Source of the DNA: Eledone cirrhosa
Taxonomy: Eukaryota
DNA length: 64,000 bases
Assembly: GCA_964016885.1 (NCBI GenBank)
Contig: OZ024743.1
Location: forward strand, 264,182,001-264,246,000
Direction of reading: 5' to 3'
Made by a program: the position numbers and the translations under genes. A model generated the notes under the pieces. The model saw only the letters and a program-made list of their open reading frames with translations. It made no database searches and had not been told where the DNA came from. Of the stretch, positions 43,505 to 60,992 are shown piece by piece. How positions within the stretch are numbered: position 1 is the first letter of the stretch; every line of letters starts with the position of its first letter.

Positions 43505-45676
43505 ATGGATTATTACAACATAACAACTTCAATTAAAGACATTCCTATACCTGGTAAGTCTGAATTCACTTAGCTTCTGATTGAAAAAGCTGACTCTTTT
43601 GTGAGAAGGCTTTGGTGGATCGCTTTTTTCCATGATCTGCGCCAAAAAGGAAATTTCTATACTAAGGAACATAATAATTTTGATCATTTATTTAACTCTA
43701 GAAGAAATCCTCCTTCCAACAAAAATCTAGTGCAGTTTGAGGAATAATTAACTAATATTATAAGATGTCTTAAATTCAAGAGAAACACTTATAGAGGACA
43801 GGAGCACCTTATAAATCTCAGGAATACGATTTTGGACCTTAATTCCTCTAAAAATATCTCAGTCCACTCCGACAAAACTAATAATTTATATGGCGTATCT
43901 AAAGATAAGTATAATAACTTTATCCTTAAGGAACTAAGGAAGAATTATCGTAAAACTAACCATGACAATTTGGAATCTATAAACTTGGAAGCTTCTGAGA
44001 TTATGTCTAAACTTGGCATCGAGAAAAAGACCAAACCATTCTTCCCAAGACTCCGAGGATAAATCTCAAGGATCATAAAAGTAACTTTCGAACGGAACTG
44101 CCTGTTAGACTAATTTCCCCCTCTAAATCAGATCTGGGCGTTGTTAGTAAATCCATCGTGGATAGAATTATGCCACAGGTTCGTTCTAATTGCTCTATTT
44201 CTAACTTAAATTTATAGATTGGTACATCTGAAGTAATTGGCTGGTTCAATCACCTGAATAATAAAAACAAACAAAAATTTACTCAGTTTGACATTGCCAG
44301 TTACTATTCTTCTATTTCGCCTTCACTCATCAACAACGCTCTATATTTCGCATTTAATTATTCTGACATTACTACAGATGAACTTTACATCATTCTCACT
44401 GCAAGAAAAACTATCTTGGAATTCAACAATGAATATTGGACTAGAGCTGATACTTCCAATAATTTTGATATCACAATGGGTGCTTCCGATTCATCGCAAT
44501 TGACGGATTTGATTGGTATCTTTATTCTGAATTCTTTAAATCGGAAGATTCCTCAACTTCGTGGTGGAATTTATCTTTGACGATGCCCTTTTTACTGTCT
44601 TAAACTGTAACTTAGTTAACCTTAATATTATTAAGAACAATATACTTGATCTATTTAAGCTCCATAACCTTAAAATTGAATTTGATAACAATGTCAAACT
44701 AGCTAACTTCTTGGATATATCCCTTAATCTTGACACTTGGCTATATTACCCTTACCATAAAAACAATGAGAATCTAAATTATGTTAATTTTAAATCTAAC
44801 CACCCCACTAACGTTAAAAATGCTATAGTCAGTAATATTGAAAAAAGTATCTCAAATCTATCCTCTAATAAATTTATCTTCGACGCTAATGCCAATTACT
44901 ATAATAATGCGCTTTCCAAAGCCGGCTATCCTGATAAAATTAAATACAGTAAAGAAACCAATCATCGAAGGACTTATAGTAAAATAGTTAATTATGAACA
45001 TTCCAATAACTTAAATAAAAGACCTAGATACAAAAATATCATTTAGTATAATGCTCTTTTTCTCTATCTATCACTAATAATATTCTTAAACTATTGTTTA
45101 GGGCCTTAGATAAATGCTTCCCTCCCTCGCATATCTATAGTAAAATCTTTAACAAACATATAATCAAATTCTCTTATTCCACCACTTCCAACATCTCTAA
45201 CATTATCTCTAAACACAATAATAAAATATTAAGTAATAAATTACATCCATACAACACTGATCGTCATAATAATAGCAGTAGTAATCCCGACCTAGGTTAG
45301 ATTCAGTAAATTTAAATACGACGTCAAACGTAACTTCGTTGAATGTTCATAATACCAATCTAAATGAGGAACCTATAATTCCTATCGTAAATAACTTCTC
45401 CCATCCAATTCCTTCTATAAATAATACTAGGTCACTTGTTAATAACTCTGTTAATTTCTCTAATCGTAATTGTAATTGCCCAGTCAGAACTAAATGTCCT
45501 CTTAATAACCAATGTCTTGATAAAAACTTAGTGTATGAATGTAAGGTTATAACTGGTACTAATTCTTTTACCTATTTCGGTTCCACTTCCCCTTCCTTTA
45601 AAGCAAGAATTTATAATCACAAATCGTCTTTTAAATACCAACTTAAAAGAACTAACACAGCACTCTCGGAACTTTA
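43505..45676 (+). pseudogene. Naiad-type RT/GIY-YIG polyprotein, multiply disrupted
   Basis: SIKDIPIP...LIEKADSFVRRLWW, LKDHKSNF...VRLISPSKSDLG, QFDIASYYSSI, FDITMGASD, IFDDAL, NFLDISLNL, SNHP, CNCPVRTKCPLNNQCL..NLVY, YFGST..FKARIYNH. Confidence 0.88.
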
Positions 45677-45948
45677 ATTCTATAATAAATAGACGTACGG
45701 ATTTATTTTCGCTCTGCTTGCATAAATCCCATAGAACATTCCATAAAGTATACAGCTTTTATATGTTTTACAAATATACCCATCTATATGAAATCAAGTC
45801 ATTAGAGATATACTTCACTGCTTTACGATCGTTTCTAGATGGTTATAATACATTGTATTTATACTCAGTTATTGATCTATGTAAGTTTACAAACTATCAG
45901 ATGGAGAGAATATTTACTTACATGCATATTACCAGCTGTTTGCAAAAG

Positions 45949-45984
<36 letters not shown>

Positions 45985-45987
<3 letters not shown>

Positions 45988-46198
45988 CAAGTAAGACCCC
46001 GACGGCTGAGCTCAAGCCGTTTCGACGGCTAATTCTGTGAATTCACTAATTCGGCTAATTCACAGAATTAGCCGTCGAAACGGCTTGAGCTCAGCCGTCA
46101 GGGTCTTAATTGTTCCTATTGCCCACTCTACTACCCTAAGTATTGAGTACTTTGGTGCGTTATGGTCCACCTGGTTCCTTACAACATTTCCTTCGTTA
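45985..46198 (+). mobile_element. HHR-tail element family D, fold-back copy 3
   Basis: Hairpin 45985-46115, GAAA 46077-46080, GTC^ 46097-46099. (TA)n on both sides. Confidence 0.75.
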
Positions 46199-46334
46199 TA
46201 TATATATATATATATATATTTCTATGTATGTATATATATATATACATGAATATGTATAATATATGTATGTATGTATATATATACATATATACATACATAG
46301 ATATATATACATACATATATACATATATATATAC

Positions 46335-46377
<43 letters not shown>

Positions 46378-46593
46378 TATACATATATATAATATGTATA
46401 TACATATATATATATATATGTATACACACATATATATATATATGTATGTATATACATACATATATACATATATATATATGTATATACATACATATATACA
46501 TATATATATATACATATATATATATGTAAGTATGTGTGTATACGTACATACATATATGTATACAGACGTACAGTAGCATGCACATATATATAA

Positions 46594-46706
<113 letters not shown>

Positions 46707-46874
46707 TACATACATATACATACAGGTACACATACATATATGCACGTATCAGTTTAGCAGACGCTTATTATAAGGCCGCTTTGTTCGTTTGTAAACAAAC
46801 TGAACAGACTGAATTTTTATGCCGTACGGTGTTAAGGCAACCACGTCACCTTTTTTTTCAACACTGACACAGGA

Positions 46875-46917
46875 ACGATGTACTAGTTTCAAGCTTGTTA
46901 GCTATCATCAGCACCGT
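46875..46917 (-). ncRNA. Type I hammerhead ribozyme (family C)
   Basis: Minus strand: ACGGTG-CTGATGA-tAGCTaacaAGCTt-GAAA-CTAG-TA^CATCGT, with palindromic stem III ACTAGT. Confidence 0.88.
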
Positions 46918-46925
46918 ATACCCAT

Positions 46926-46999
46926 CTGCCAGATAGTTGAACGTTCGAAAGTATATACTTTCCTTATGAAAATTAACGGCTGAGCAGCCTAATTTGCAT
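46926..46999 (-). promoter_or_regulatory. Putative compact snRNA/U6-type promoter of family C
   Basis: On minus: ATGCAAAT 46999-46992, TCAGCCGTT from 46983, TATATA from 46957, GGCAG from 46930, HHR core 46911. Confidence 0.55.
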
Positions 47000-47383
47000 A
47001 TCGAGTGAGCTAAGTCGGTCAGACATACTGAAAACGATGAGTTGAAAAAAAATGAAAACGAAATTTCATTTCTCACTCTTAGTACGGCACTTACTTAAAT
47101 GTAAGTATGTGTGTATACGTACATACATATATGTATACAGACGTACAGTAGCATGCACATATATATATATATATACATATATATATACCTAACAAGCTTG
47201 AAACTAGTACATCGTTCCTGTGTCAGTGTTGAACAAAAAGGTGACGTGGTTGCCTTAACACCGTACGGCATAAACATTCAGGCTGTTCAGTTTGTTTACA
47301 AATGAACAAAGCGGCGTTATAATAGGCGTCTGCTAAACTGATACGTGCATATATGTATGTGTACCTGTATGTATATGTATGTA

Positions 47384-47462
<79 letters not shown>

Positions 47463-47639
47463 GTGCATGCTACTGTACGTCTGTATACATATATGTATGT
47501 ACGTATACACACATACTTACATTTAAGTAAGTGCCGTACTAAGAGTGAGAAATGAAATTTCGTTTTCATTTTTTTTCAACTCATATATATATATATAGAA
47601 ATATATATATATACATATATATTACATATATATATGTAT

Positions 47640-47733
<94 letters not shown>

Positions 47734-47770
47734 CAAGTAAGTATGTTTTGAAACAGTGAGCAGGTTTGAA

Positions 47771-47979
47771 ATTAGAAAGAGAATAGTTTTCACCGTATTT
47801 TTTTTACTAAAGAATTGTTTTAGTCTGATAATGGGGTTTAGAACCGTCAGATAAATGGAAAAAGATGAGTATTGATGTACATCAATACTCATATTTTTCC
47901 ATTTATCTGAGGGTTCTAAACCCCATTATCAGACTAAAATATTTCTTTAGTAAAATAAAATACGGTGAAAGCTATTCTA

Positions 47980-47987
<8 letters not shown>
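47771..47987. repeat. Spacerless palindrome of about 217 bp between (TA)n tracts
   Basis: Arms of about 108 bp centred on attgatgt|acatcaat, with few mismatches. Confidence 0.9.
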
Positions 47988-48020
<33 letters not shown>

Positions 48021-48025
<5 letters not shown>

Positions 48026-48295
48026 AAAAAGAGATGACATCGAAAATGCAACTGGAGTCTTATTTTTTTTTTAAATATATATATTTATTTGGTTCCTTTA
48101 CCGGTTTCGCAGTAATAGAACCACTTTCCTACACACATATATATATACACACACACAAAATATATATTCTCTCCATCTTAACATACTCGCACACACACAC
48201 ATAACACCCATATACACACACACACAACTCCCTCCCCCATCTCTACTAATAGAATCATCTTCCAATACACACATACACACACACACACACACACA

Positions 48296-48347
<52 letters not shown>

Positions 48348-49016
48348 TACACACACACAAGCACACAAATAAACATACATATCTTCACTTCAATAGAAAA
48401 TCTGAACTCTGACACCGCAGCGAACTAACCATATTCACTGAACCAGAACAATTCTCCCAATCCCTTTTCTCTTGACCACTAACTTTCCATTGTCATAACA
48501 TTCACTATAAAGACTACAGAATAGTTTTCCAAATAAGGGCGCAAAAATGTAATGAAAACTTGTTCACGTGACAGCCAAATTTCATTTATAACCAACCAAA
48601 AAAAAAGCCTTCGTGAGCCTCCTTTTTTCAAGTAAAAAGAAATTCAAACACTCATATATGAAATAACAACCTGTGACAACCCCGCTCTTATTCGCGAACT
48701 GGCGCGAAATTTATTATAATTATTGTCAAACCAATCAAATTACTTCTCGAAAAACCTGGCATTTCGAGCCACTTTTTTCATATAAAACAAGTAACATTCA
48801 GAGACCAACCAGATGTGAGAATAACCACAGACCCTCCATCTCAACTCACCTTTTGAAAAGCAGAAGAACTGCGAAACCGGTAAAGGAACCAAATAAATAT
48901 ATATATTTTTCAAAAAAATAAGACTCCAGTTGCATTTTCGATTTCATCTCTTTTTCTTTATACTTTCACTCGTGTAGGACACCTCGGTTATTTTTCATTT
49001 TGTAAAAAAACCTCAC

Positions 49017-49023
<7 letters not shown>
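48021..49023 (+). mobile_element. 5'-truncated copy of the Neptune PLE 3' UTR with inverted tail
   Basis: 48113-49023 matches 25543-26420. 48021-48113 is the reverse complement of the tail starting inside HHR stem II. (TA)n on both sides. Confidence 0.9.
48849..48886 (+). ncRNA. Minimal type I hammerhead, U3-A8 variant (second copy)
   Basis: Identical to 26246-26283. Confidence 0.8.
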
Positions 49024-49055
<32 letters not shown>

Positions 49056-49468
49056 CTCACCTCTTCCTCGCACTTCCATTCACTCACTCTCTGTTTCTCC
49101 CCTTCTCACTTCTTCCCATTTGGCTTGCAGTGGGTTCTCTTTTTGCTCACATCTCACTCAACTCGGACGGTCTGTATATCGATCGCTCATGAAATCCACC
49201 CAGCTTATGCTGACCGGATAACCATGTTGCTTGTTTATTCATATCATTGCGTTGCTTTCATCCTTCTATGTTGTTTACTTGTCTCACTCGCTTTACGCGA
49301 TTTACTTGTCCCAATAGCTTTATTTAGCTATTGCTCGCACCAACCTGAGGTATATGATTTTTAATGCGATGTAATATCAATAATGGTTGACAAATCACTG
49401 ACGAAGGACTATTTTTATCATATGTAACCCATGAGCAACCACGCAGTATTCTTCTTTCTTCTCATGTG

Positions 49469-49604
<136 letters not shown>

Positions 49605-51393
49605 TGGAATGTGCTTCGGCCTTTAGCTATAAATCAATATTTGTTTTAATGAAGTAAAATATTGGGACAATTCGATATAAAGCGTAATATTTGAACTGGA
49701 AATTTGCTATTTGCTTCTCTTATGAGTTATTCACCAAATTCCCTTTGTACTACTGTTTAAAAGCGTTTAGGCTTTCTAGTTTTGAATGATTGCTGAAATA
49801 TGAATAATGCATTGCAAGTATAAAGTTATCAATGTCAAAACCTATTAAAGGATGGGAAATTGAGAAAAGGTTGAAAGTTGTGAAATATTAAAGACGAAAA
49901 TAGCAGCAAAAAAAAAAAAATAACTAAATGAAAGATCAAGAAAGAATGCGGGATTCTCCTTTGGTTTTGACGATAAACTTTCATTTGTTCAAATAACTGA
50001 ATTTCTCTTCGTGAAATTAATATGTAAGTGGCTGATATTTACACCCACAACGCAATTCCAAGGTCAAATCAACGTGGCACAATGTGATAAAACTACGGAT
50101 ACAACCTTAAAGGAAATTCAGAGAGAAAACCAGATATTATATCTGATTGGAAATATATTTATTAAAACCAAATTGATGAATAAGTTTGACTTCAGTGGGA
50201 TTTGAACGTTAAGCATAGAGTCGGTTCGAATATTGTCATGCATTCTATCTCACAAATTTACAGCCTAAAGGAAGAATATACAATATACAAAATAAAATTG
50301 TCTAAAACGAAATTTATTGATTGATACATAAGAGTAACCTTATGACGACCAGCTTATTTTGAATTCTGTCATGGTCAAGTTGCCTTTTCTATTTCAGATT
50401 CTCTTTTCAGATTAAATATTCTAACGTGTCTCTCCTTTTCTTTAAATTTGACTGTAATTTTAGCGGGTCACTAGGTCAGCTGAATTTTACGCTCTTTCTT
50501 TCTTTCTTTCTCTCTGGTTTTCTTGCAAGCGTGCTTGCGTGCTTTATTTCCTTCTCCCGTTTTTCTTTTTTTCTTTCTTTCTCATTCTCTTTGAAAGAAA
50601 TCGGTAGAGATCAGAATTGGAGAGAGGGTTTTCGCCATATTCTGATTTCCAAGACAAACTGTATGTTACGACGGTATTCCATCAGTAATTGAGGTTCCAT
50701 GTCAAGACAACATTAGAATTTAGATAACCTCTACGGGATTCTTAACAACATAATTTAAACAACATAATTTAAACAATGACACATTGGATGAAGCAGTTCG
50801 AGCTGCTATCTCTTTGAAAACAAAGTGGAGTGGATGGTCAGAGCTGGAAAATGTATAAATTTGATAGGTTTCAGTCAGTATTTCCCCAGGCCATGTCTAA
50901 ATTAATAGCACTATGGAAACTTATGTTCTTGTGTTTTAGAGCCCAAGTTTGTCGACGGCCTCGTGAAGAGATTTAGAAACAGATTACGATCAGCCAAACG
51001 ACAACCACCAGAGACAGTAGCAGCATATAAACAGGAATTTATGTTATGGACTTTGCATGAATACATTTTAATTTAAATCTGGCATAGAATATGGCGCATA
51101 TTCATATTTAATATATCTTTTCACCGAAATTTACGTTACCCCAATTCCCATAATTATCATCATCATCGTAATCATCATTATAATTATTCACACCCACCAT
51201 CATTTATCTTTACATCCTTGAGGAAAGAAATTAATACTATTAAGATAAAATAAATCACTATGATTCTTTCTGCAGTTATACAGTATTTTCACTTAAATGT
51301 CTTTAGTTCGATTCAAAAACACTACAGGGTTTACAAAAGATTCTGACCCGTCGGAGGATTACACACATAAAATATAAACAAAACACACATCAC

Positions 51394-51512
<119 letters not shown>

Positions 51513-52035
51513 AATAGACTATGTGTGTCAGTGTCTGTTTCCGCATAACTTCTACAGTTTACATCCGATTTCCTTCAAATTTGGAACAAACATGCATTAT
51601 GTTCCCTAGTTTATTTTGGACTCATAACATTTGTTTAAGGCACCTCCTAGGCTGGGGGAGTAAAGTGTCGATTAAATGGTAGCATTGGCCTTGGATTTTA
51701 AATGTTGTGAAATAACCATAGTCAGTATAATTTTTTTTCAGATCCAAAGGACGTCACCTGAAACATAGCTTCTGAAGTGTTGCTTCGTCAGTACGGTCTG
51801 TAAGTAATAAGCTGGAGGCTAGATTAATTTCAAATTGTATCAATTTTTCTTTGTTCTATGAAATCAAACACTGTAAAACAACTTATCTTTAAACCTTCAA
51901 CTGATATACTTTGATCTATAGCTTAAGCCGATGTGGGAAGACTCTCTCTCTCTTTGAATATCTAACACTTTAATTGTATTTCTCTCTGTATAACAGCCTA
52001 TCTCTCTGCCTCTCCCTCTTTAGATGTGAGTTATA

Positions 52036-52081
<46 letters not shown>

Positions 52082-52375
52082 TATATAAAGTGTTTCCGTA
52101 GGAAGGGTAAACGAAAGGAGAGTGATCTATGTAAGCTACAGAGCTATTTAGTTATGTAATGAACAACATAAGACAATTATTCCATTTACCAAAGGTTTCA
52201 CAAAGACAGACGAGCTCGACACAGACGTCTGAAATCGCTTATCAGAATGAAAATTTATTTGATATGGATGTAAGATATGAATTTATAAACAAAGGCAGAA
52301 ACAATTGAAAGCGAGGCTGATATATAATGTAAAATAAAATAACGGGGGAAAATAGAACGTAATGTAATGGGGAAA

Positions 52376-52411
<36 letters not shown>

Positions 52412-52484
52412 GTATAGTGGTAGCTATGGTGCTTCCGTAGGCGGTATGCCAAAATTAGCACTAGATATTCATCAGAGTAGAGTG

Positions 52485-53686
52485 TATATATTATAAAGAA
52501 AACGAAAAATCAGTGATGCATCTGGACTTAGTTTATTTCGTGTTACAAATGTTTCGCCGGCATGTAGCTCGAATCATGGTCCTTGTATGGATCTGGCTGA
52601 TTCTAATTCTGCGAGTTCTTTGAGACACGGATGTTATGTCCGGAGCAAATTTTATCACTGGGGTGTCATCATCAAAACAACACCCTCAAAAAACCCTCTT
52701 TCCACTGTTGTCATGCCATTGGCTGTTTTTACTCCACGTCATCACAAGTTCTGGTCAGTATCTGCTGCCACACGGTTCATCAACCATTTTCCGTCTGACA
52801 CATTTCAATGGAGTCATGCTGGGTTCAGTACTTCACACGTTTGCTCACATTTCAGGGTAAGCACCCACACATACTAGAATAAACACATAATAACACACAC
52901 ATATTCAGACATATACCTAATTATGCATTCACACTCGTACGTCTACATGCACAAACACCCACACGGCCACATACATACATCGCAGTATATATACTCACAC
53001 ACCCTCTCTCCCTCACTCCCATAGACCCAGTCACACACACTTGTTGATACATGCCGCCACGAGCCTTCAGACTGTTCTGTATCAATTGGGTAAGCATGTT
53101 CTATTCAAACGTACACATATATACATACACATGCGCGCACAAGTGTGTGTGACTGGGTCTATGGGAGTGAAGGAAGAGAGGGTGTGTGAGTATATATACT
53201 GCGATTTATGTATGTGGCCGTGTGGTTGTCTGCGCATGTAGACGTACGAGTGTGAATGCATAGATAGGTGTATGTCTGAATATATGTGTGTTATTATGTG
53301 TTTATTCTAGTATGTGTGGGTTATTACCTGAAGTGTGAGCAAACGTGTGAAATACTGAACCCAGCATGACTCCATTGAAATGTGTCGGACGGAAAATGGT
53401 TGATGAACCGTGTGGCAGCAGATACTGACCCGAACTTGTGATGACGTGGAGTAAAAACAGCCAATGGTATGACAAGAGTGGAAAGAGGATTTTTTGAGGG
53501 TGTTGTTTTGATGATAACACCCCAGTGATAAACTTTGCTCCGGACATAACAGCCGTATCAGAAAGAACTCGCAGAAGTAGAATCAGCCAGATCCATACAA
53601 GGACCATGACTCGAGCTAAATGCCGGCGAAACATTTGTAACACGAAATAAACTAAGTCCAGATGCATCACTGATTTTTCGTTTTCT

Positions 53687-53697
<11 letters not shown>
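52485..53697. repeat. Inverted duplication of about 555 bp with a spacer of about 95 bp; PLE-tail-like
   Basis: 52485-53043 vs 53140-53697, with dispersed mismatches. The right arm ends cgaaac...aataaa...ttttcttta-(TA)n. Confidence 0.88.
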
Positions 53698-53743
<46 letters not shown>

Positions 53744-53792
53744 ATGAATTAGTTTAGCGAGGTTTTTTATATGAAATCGTGTATCGAAATAG

Positions 53793-54117
53793 ATATTGTT
53801 ATACTTGGGGAGGGTCATATTTGTCATACAACACAACAGGAGGAACAAAGAATATAACACCACTGACGATGTTGCAGATGTGCAACGAAAGATTTACGTA
53901 AATTATGTAAACTATATATATATATGTGTTTGTGTCTATATTGTATCTGTATTATTTTTGACCGTCGGTCAGTCAATGGCAACATTGAGGACCGAGTAAG
54001 TTAGATCGCAGATATAAAAGACAGCGAGAAGCGAAAACCAACCAAACAGTGAGTGTGTTCTGTTATTAATTCTGGCAATATTACGCAAATATGACCCTCC
54101 CCAAGTATAACAATATA
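53793..54117 (+). mobile_element. Small HHR element (family E) with 31-bp inverted tail copy
   Basis: 53793-53823 is inverted relative to 54087-54117, with an internal HHR-like motif. TA-rich flanks. Confidence 0.55.
53863..53896 (+). ncRNA. Hammerhead-like motif (stem I not recovered)
   Basis: CTGACGA-tGTTGCA-gatg-TGCAAC-GAAA-GATT-TA. Confidence 0.55.
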
Positions 54118-54749
54118 TATAATAACATATATATATATAATTACACACACATATATATATATATATATATGCATACATATATAAACATCTACCCACACAT
54201 ATATACTCGCACACATACACATAAACATACGTATACATATATACATACATATATACATACATACATAAACACGTACATATACATATACATAGACACACAT
54301 CCACACACACATATATATATATACACACACATGTATATATAAATATATAATATACACCCACACATACACACACACACACACACGCGCGCATATATATATA
54401 TTAACAAAAATAAAGAATTGTTCAGTTTTTGTATACATCGCAAAAGAATGACTTTCAGAAGTATCTTTAATCTATAGAATATATTTCACTTGTTTACATT
54501 TTATATGTAATCACTCTGTTTTTGTCGAGATTTTGTGGGGATTTTTAAATAATATTTTACTTTTTTTTTATCCTAATATTTTTCAACTGATATTCTTTTT
54601 CAAATGATATTCTTTTTAATGGTTTTCAATGATATTTTGAAATATAACTTTTTTGTGATAATTTTGATAATGTTTCTAAATATGTTTATGATGTCTGTAA
54701 TAGTATATTTCGCTATATAGAATTTAACACATTCATCGATGTAGATAAT

Positions 54750-54938
54750 TGTTTCTACGTTTGGCACAAGGCCAGCAATTATCCCAGTGTATTACTGGTG
54801 CTTTATTTTATCGACCCCGTAAGGATGAAAGGCAAAGTTAACCTCGGCGGGATTTGAACTCAGAATGGCAAGGGCCGTAACTCTATGCATCAAAGCATGG
54901 CATCCAACCCTCTCCCGATACTGCCAATTCACCGCCCT
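54750..54938 (-). mobile_element. SINE family 1, full length with 15-bp TSD
   Basis: TSD atcgatgtagataat at 54735-54749 and 54939-54953. Confidence 0.9.
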
Positions 54939-55711
54939 ATCGATGTAGATAATACTATCTAAATACATATAAAAGAATTCTCATCTTTGAAAACATCTAA
55001 TATAAAATACCTTATAATCATTTAAAAAATAATATATTACAGTTTTCTACTTATATTTCGCATATATCTTAATTGTATAATTCTTTAAAAGTAAATTCTA
55101 GAATTAAATGACAAATGTAACATACTTATTCTAATTAAGAAACATTGGAGTTATCCTTTATAATGTAACACGCTTATACATTCCTTCTACATAAAAACTA
55201 AACTTTACATGAATATTTATTTTCGTTGACTTAATAAATTTTTTGTCAATGTTTCCTATCTTGATTGAACTATCTGAATGCACAAAATAATCTTCTCAAA
55301 TAAAATTTATAGCTACGTCCTTTTCTTAACTATATATTGAAAATGTAAACACAAAATTCTTCGTAACATATATATAAATATTTAATTTATCTATCTAGTG
55401 AAAATAACAACATATATACTCACCAAAAATGTTTATATAAATACTTATATAAATAACCCGTTGTAATATAATAAACTAAATATCATCTATATAATATTAT
55501 AACTCATGATTTGAATAGATCCAATAATTTGTTGTATATCTCAATTAAAAAAAATTAAATTGGTATTCTACCACTTCAACATATTCTTAACTCTCATATT
55601 ATTTTATAGATACTACCAAAATATATGATTATATAATTAAATAATTAAATATAATTACATCACTCTCTTTACACCATCACTGATATGATCCATACAATTT
55701 TATCTTAATAA

Positions 55712-55900
55712 TTGTTTCTACGTTTGGCACAAGGCCAGCAATTATCCCAGTGTATTACTGGTGCTTTATTTTATCGACCCCATATGGATGAAAGGCAAAG
55801 TTAACCTCGGCGGGATTTGAACTCAGAATGGCAAGGGCCGTAAATGTTTGCTGCAAAGCATGGCGTCAGACCTTCTACCGATACTGCCAATCCACCGCCC
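55712..55900 (-). mobile_element. SINE family 1, full length
   Basis: Near-identical to 54750-54938. Flanks ttatcttaataat and ttatgttaataat. Confidence 0.88.
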
Positions 55901-56339
55901 TTATGTTAATAATTGTATCTACTTTAGGCACAAGTTAATAATAATAGTGTATTTCTAACTATAATTTTTTCTTATAATCACTCATTAAATTTTCTTACAC
56001 CATAATATTAATATTAACCTCTCTTTTTTCCTTTTATAAATTATCCTTATAAATTATCCTAATAATTATTTAAATTTACCTAGCTTCTAAATATAACGAT
56101 CTTTTTTCAGCCTTACGTTTCAACCTCATTAACATATACATACTAAGGATTTGAAATTTTTCTTTCACTATCCAAACCGAACCTGAACCGATAAGGTCTG
56201 GTTTCTTGGGTATGTCAACATTTATGAAACAAATTTTGTATTTTATCTGATGAGAACGAACCAACATTTTTGTACCCTTGAAATATATATAATAAAATAA
56301 ATATGGTTTTATAAATATAGCTTCCATTTATTAATATCA

Positions 56340-56376
56340 CTAGCAGAAAAACCACCCTTCGGGTGGTTTTCTGCTG
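56340..56376 (-). other. GC hairpin followed by CTAG (Helitron-like 3' terminus)
   Basis: ctagcagaaaaaccaccc-ttc-gggtggttttctgctg. Confidence 0.4.
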
Positions 56377-56384
56377 GCATGTAT

Positions 56385-59433
<3,049 letters not shown>

Positions 59434-60904
59434 CAAATTATTAACAAATGAAGATATTCACATAATCAAAATATATGCTTTATTATATATATTTCGAAGG
59501 CACTGTGTTATGTTTATTCCAGTACGTCCTCGTCAGATAAAATATAAGATTTGATATATGACATACCTCTACGGTCTTCATATTTCAATTCCAGTATTAG
59601 CAGTGATTAATTTCATCAAATCTCAACATTTATATACAACAAATAATAATATGATATATTTAAAGAAGAAAAAGACGTGGAGCGAATTATAGATATAACA
59701 GAGTGTCTAGAAGAAGATGAGATGCAAGACAAAATATAAGAAAAAGAAAGAGAAAAAATAAAAAATACATATATCAATGAATATATAGATGGGTGAAAAA
59801 GATGAATAAATATATATAAACAAGAAAAAAAAAGAAGAAAGAAAGAAGAAATAACGACAAAAGAGATTATGGTGGGGGGGGGGGGGGGGTAAGTTTAAAA
59901 ACCGTTGTATTAGGTCAATTGAGGCAACCAATCAATTACCATAAACCATTGAGTATCTCTAGTACTTGGTTATGTTTAAGCTAATTATACTAATATAATA
60001 TATCAAAATTAATCAATATATATTACTTTTCATTGCCTTCACATATTTATTTAATTAAAAATTTATATAATTTAATTTAACTCATTAAAGATTTTAATTT
60101 CTGGTTTAGGTAATATATTCCATAAGTATTTTGATACAATTTTAAAAAAATTTACTTTAAAGCATATTTAAATAATTATTAAACCTGTATTAAAATATAT
60201 ATTAAAATACATGCATATAACACCTTTATAAAATCATTTCAAATCTTTAATTATCATATAATTACAGGATTAAATTTTACTTATATTTACTCTCAAAAGT
60301 TTTATTTCGTTAATTTATATTTACTTCAGTAATTACAAATTATTACAGTTTCCTTTTAAAGAAATTCTTATATTATTCAACTATATAATTTATGTAAAAA
60401 ATTAAAATAGTAAGCTATTCAAACATAATAAAACTATTTACGAAGAATTTAAACACAAGGAAGATAACTCATCCCCCATACGTGAGCATTAAACAATATA
60501 TCTACTCTAAATTCAATTGATATTTCTAAACCATAAATCAACAATTGTCAAGTTAAATATTTAACTGTCCTGATAAAAAAACTAAGGATACAGAGACTCA
60601 TAATGAAATTATTATAATAGATAAAACATCAATACATTATTACTCCGGTAAGGCAAACATTATAAATATAAATATGTTTATAAAAATTATTATAAAAATT
60701 ATTAATTCTCAATATTCTTTCGCAACTTGTATAATGCTTGGAATGTTTTACCGGTTCTGTGTTGGCATCTGCTAAATAATTCTTTCTTCTTGTTAATTAA
60801 ATTGTCATAATTTGTGATTATCAATAGAGTCTCAAGATTGCAAAGATTGCAAAATTGGCGAAACTGTATTCATTGATTAATCAATGAACCATATTAATCT
60901 TTGG

Positions 60905-60986
<82 letters not shown>

Positions 60987-60992
<6 letters not shown>

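Larger units (their letters stand above)
43121..45676 (+). mobile_element. Penelope-like retroelement, Naiad-type, with inverted 5' pLTR; 3'-truncated
   Basis: 43121-43224 is inverted relative to 43325-43428, with an HHR relic between them. The ORF starts at 43505. Confidence 0.88.

Noticed and set aside
45471-45515. Selenocysteine (UGA) recoding as reported for some Naiad PLEs
   Set aside because: The CNC...CPL...C cysteines here are TGT/TGC. The other stops look like ordinary decay.
56340-56376. Bacterial rho-independent terminator or contamination
   Set aside because: The surroundings carry host SINEs and microsatellites. A Helitron-like end explains it equally well.
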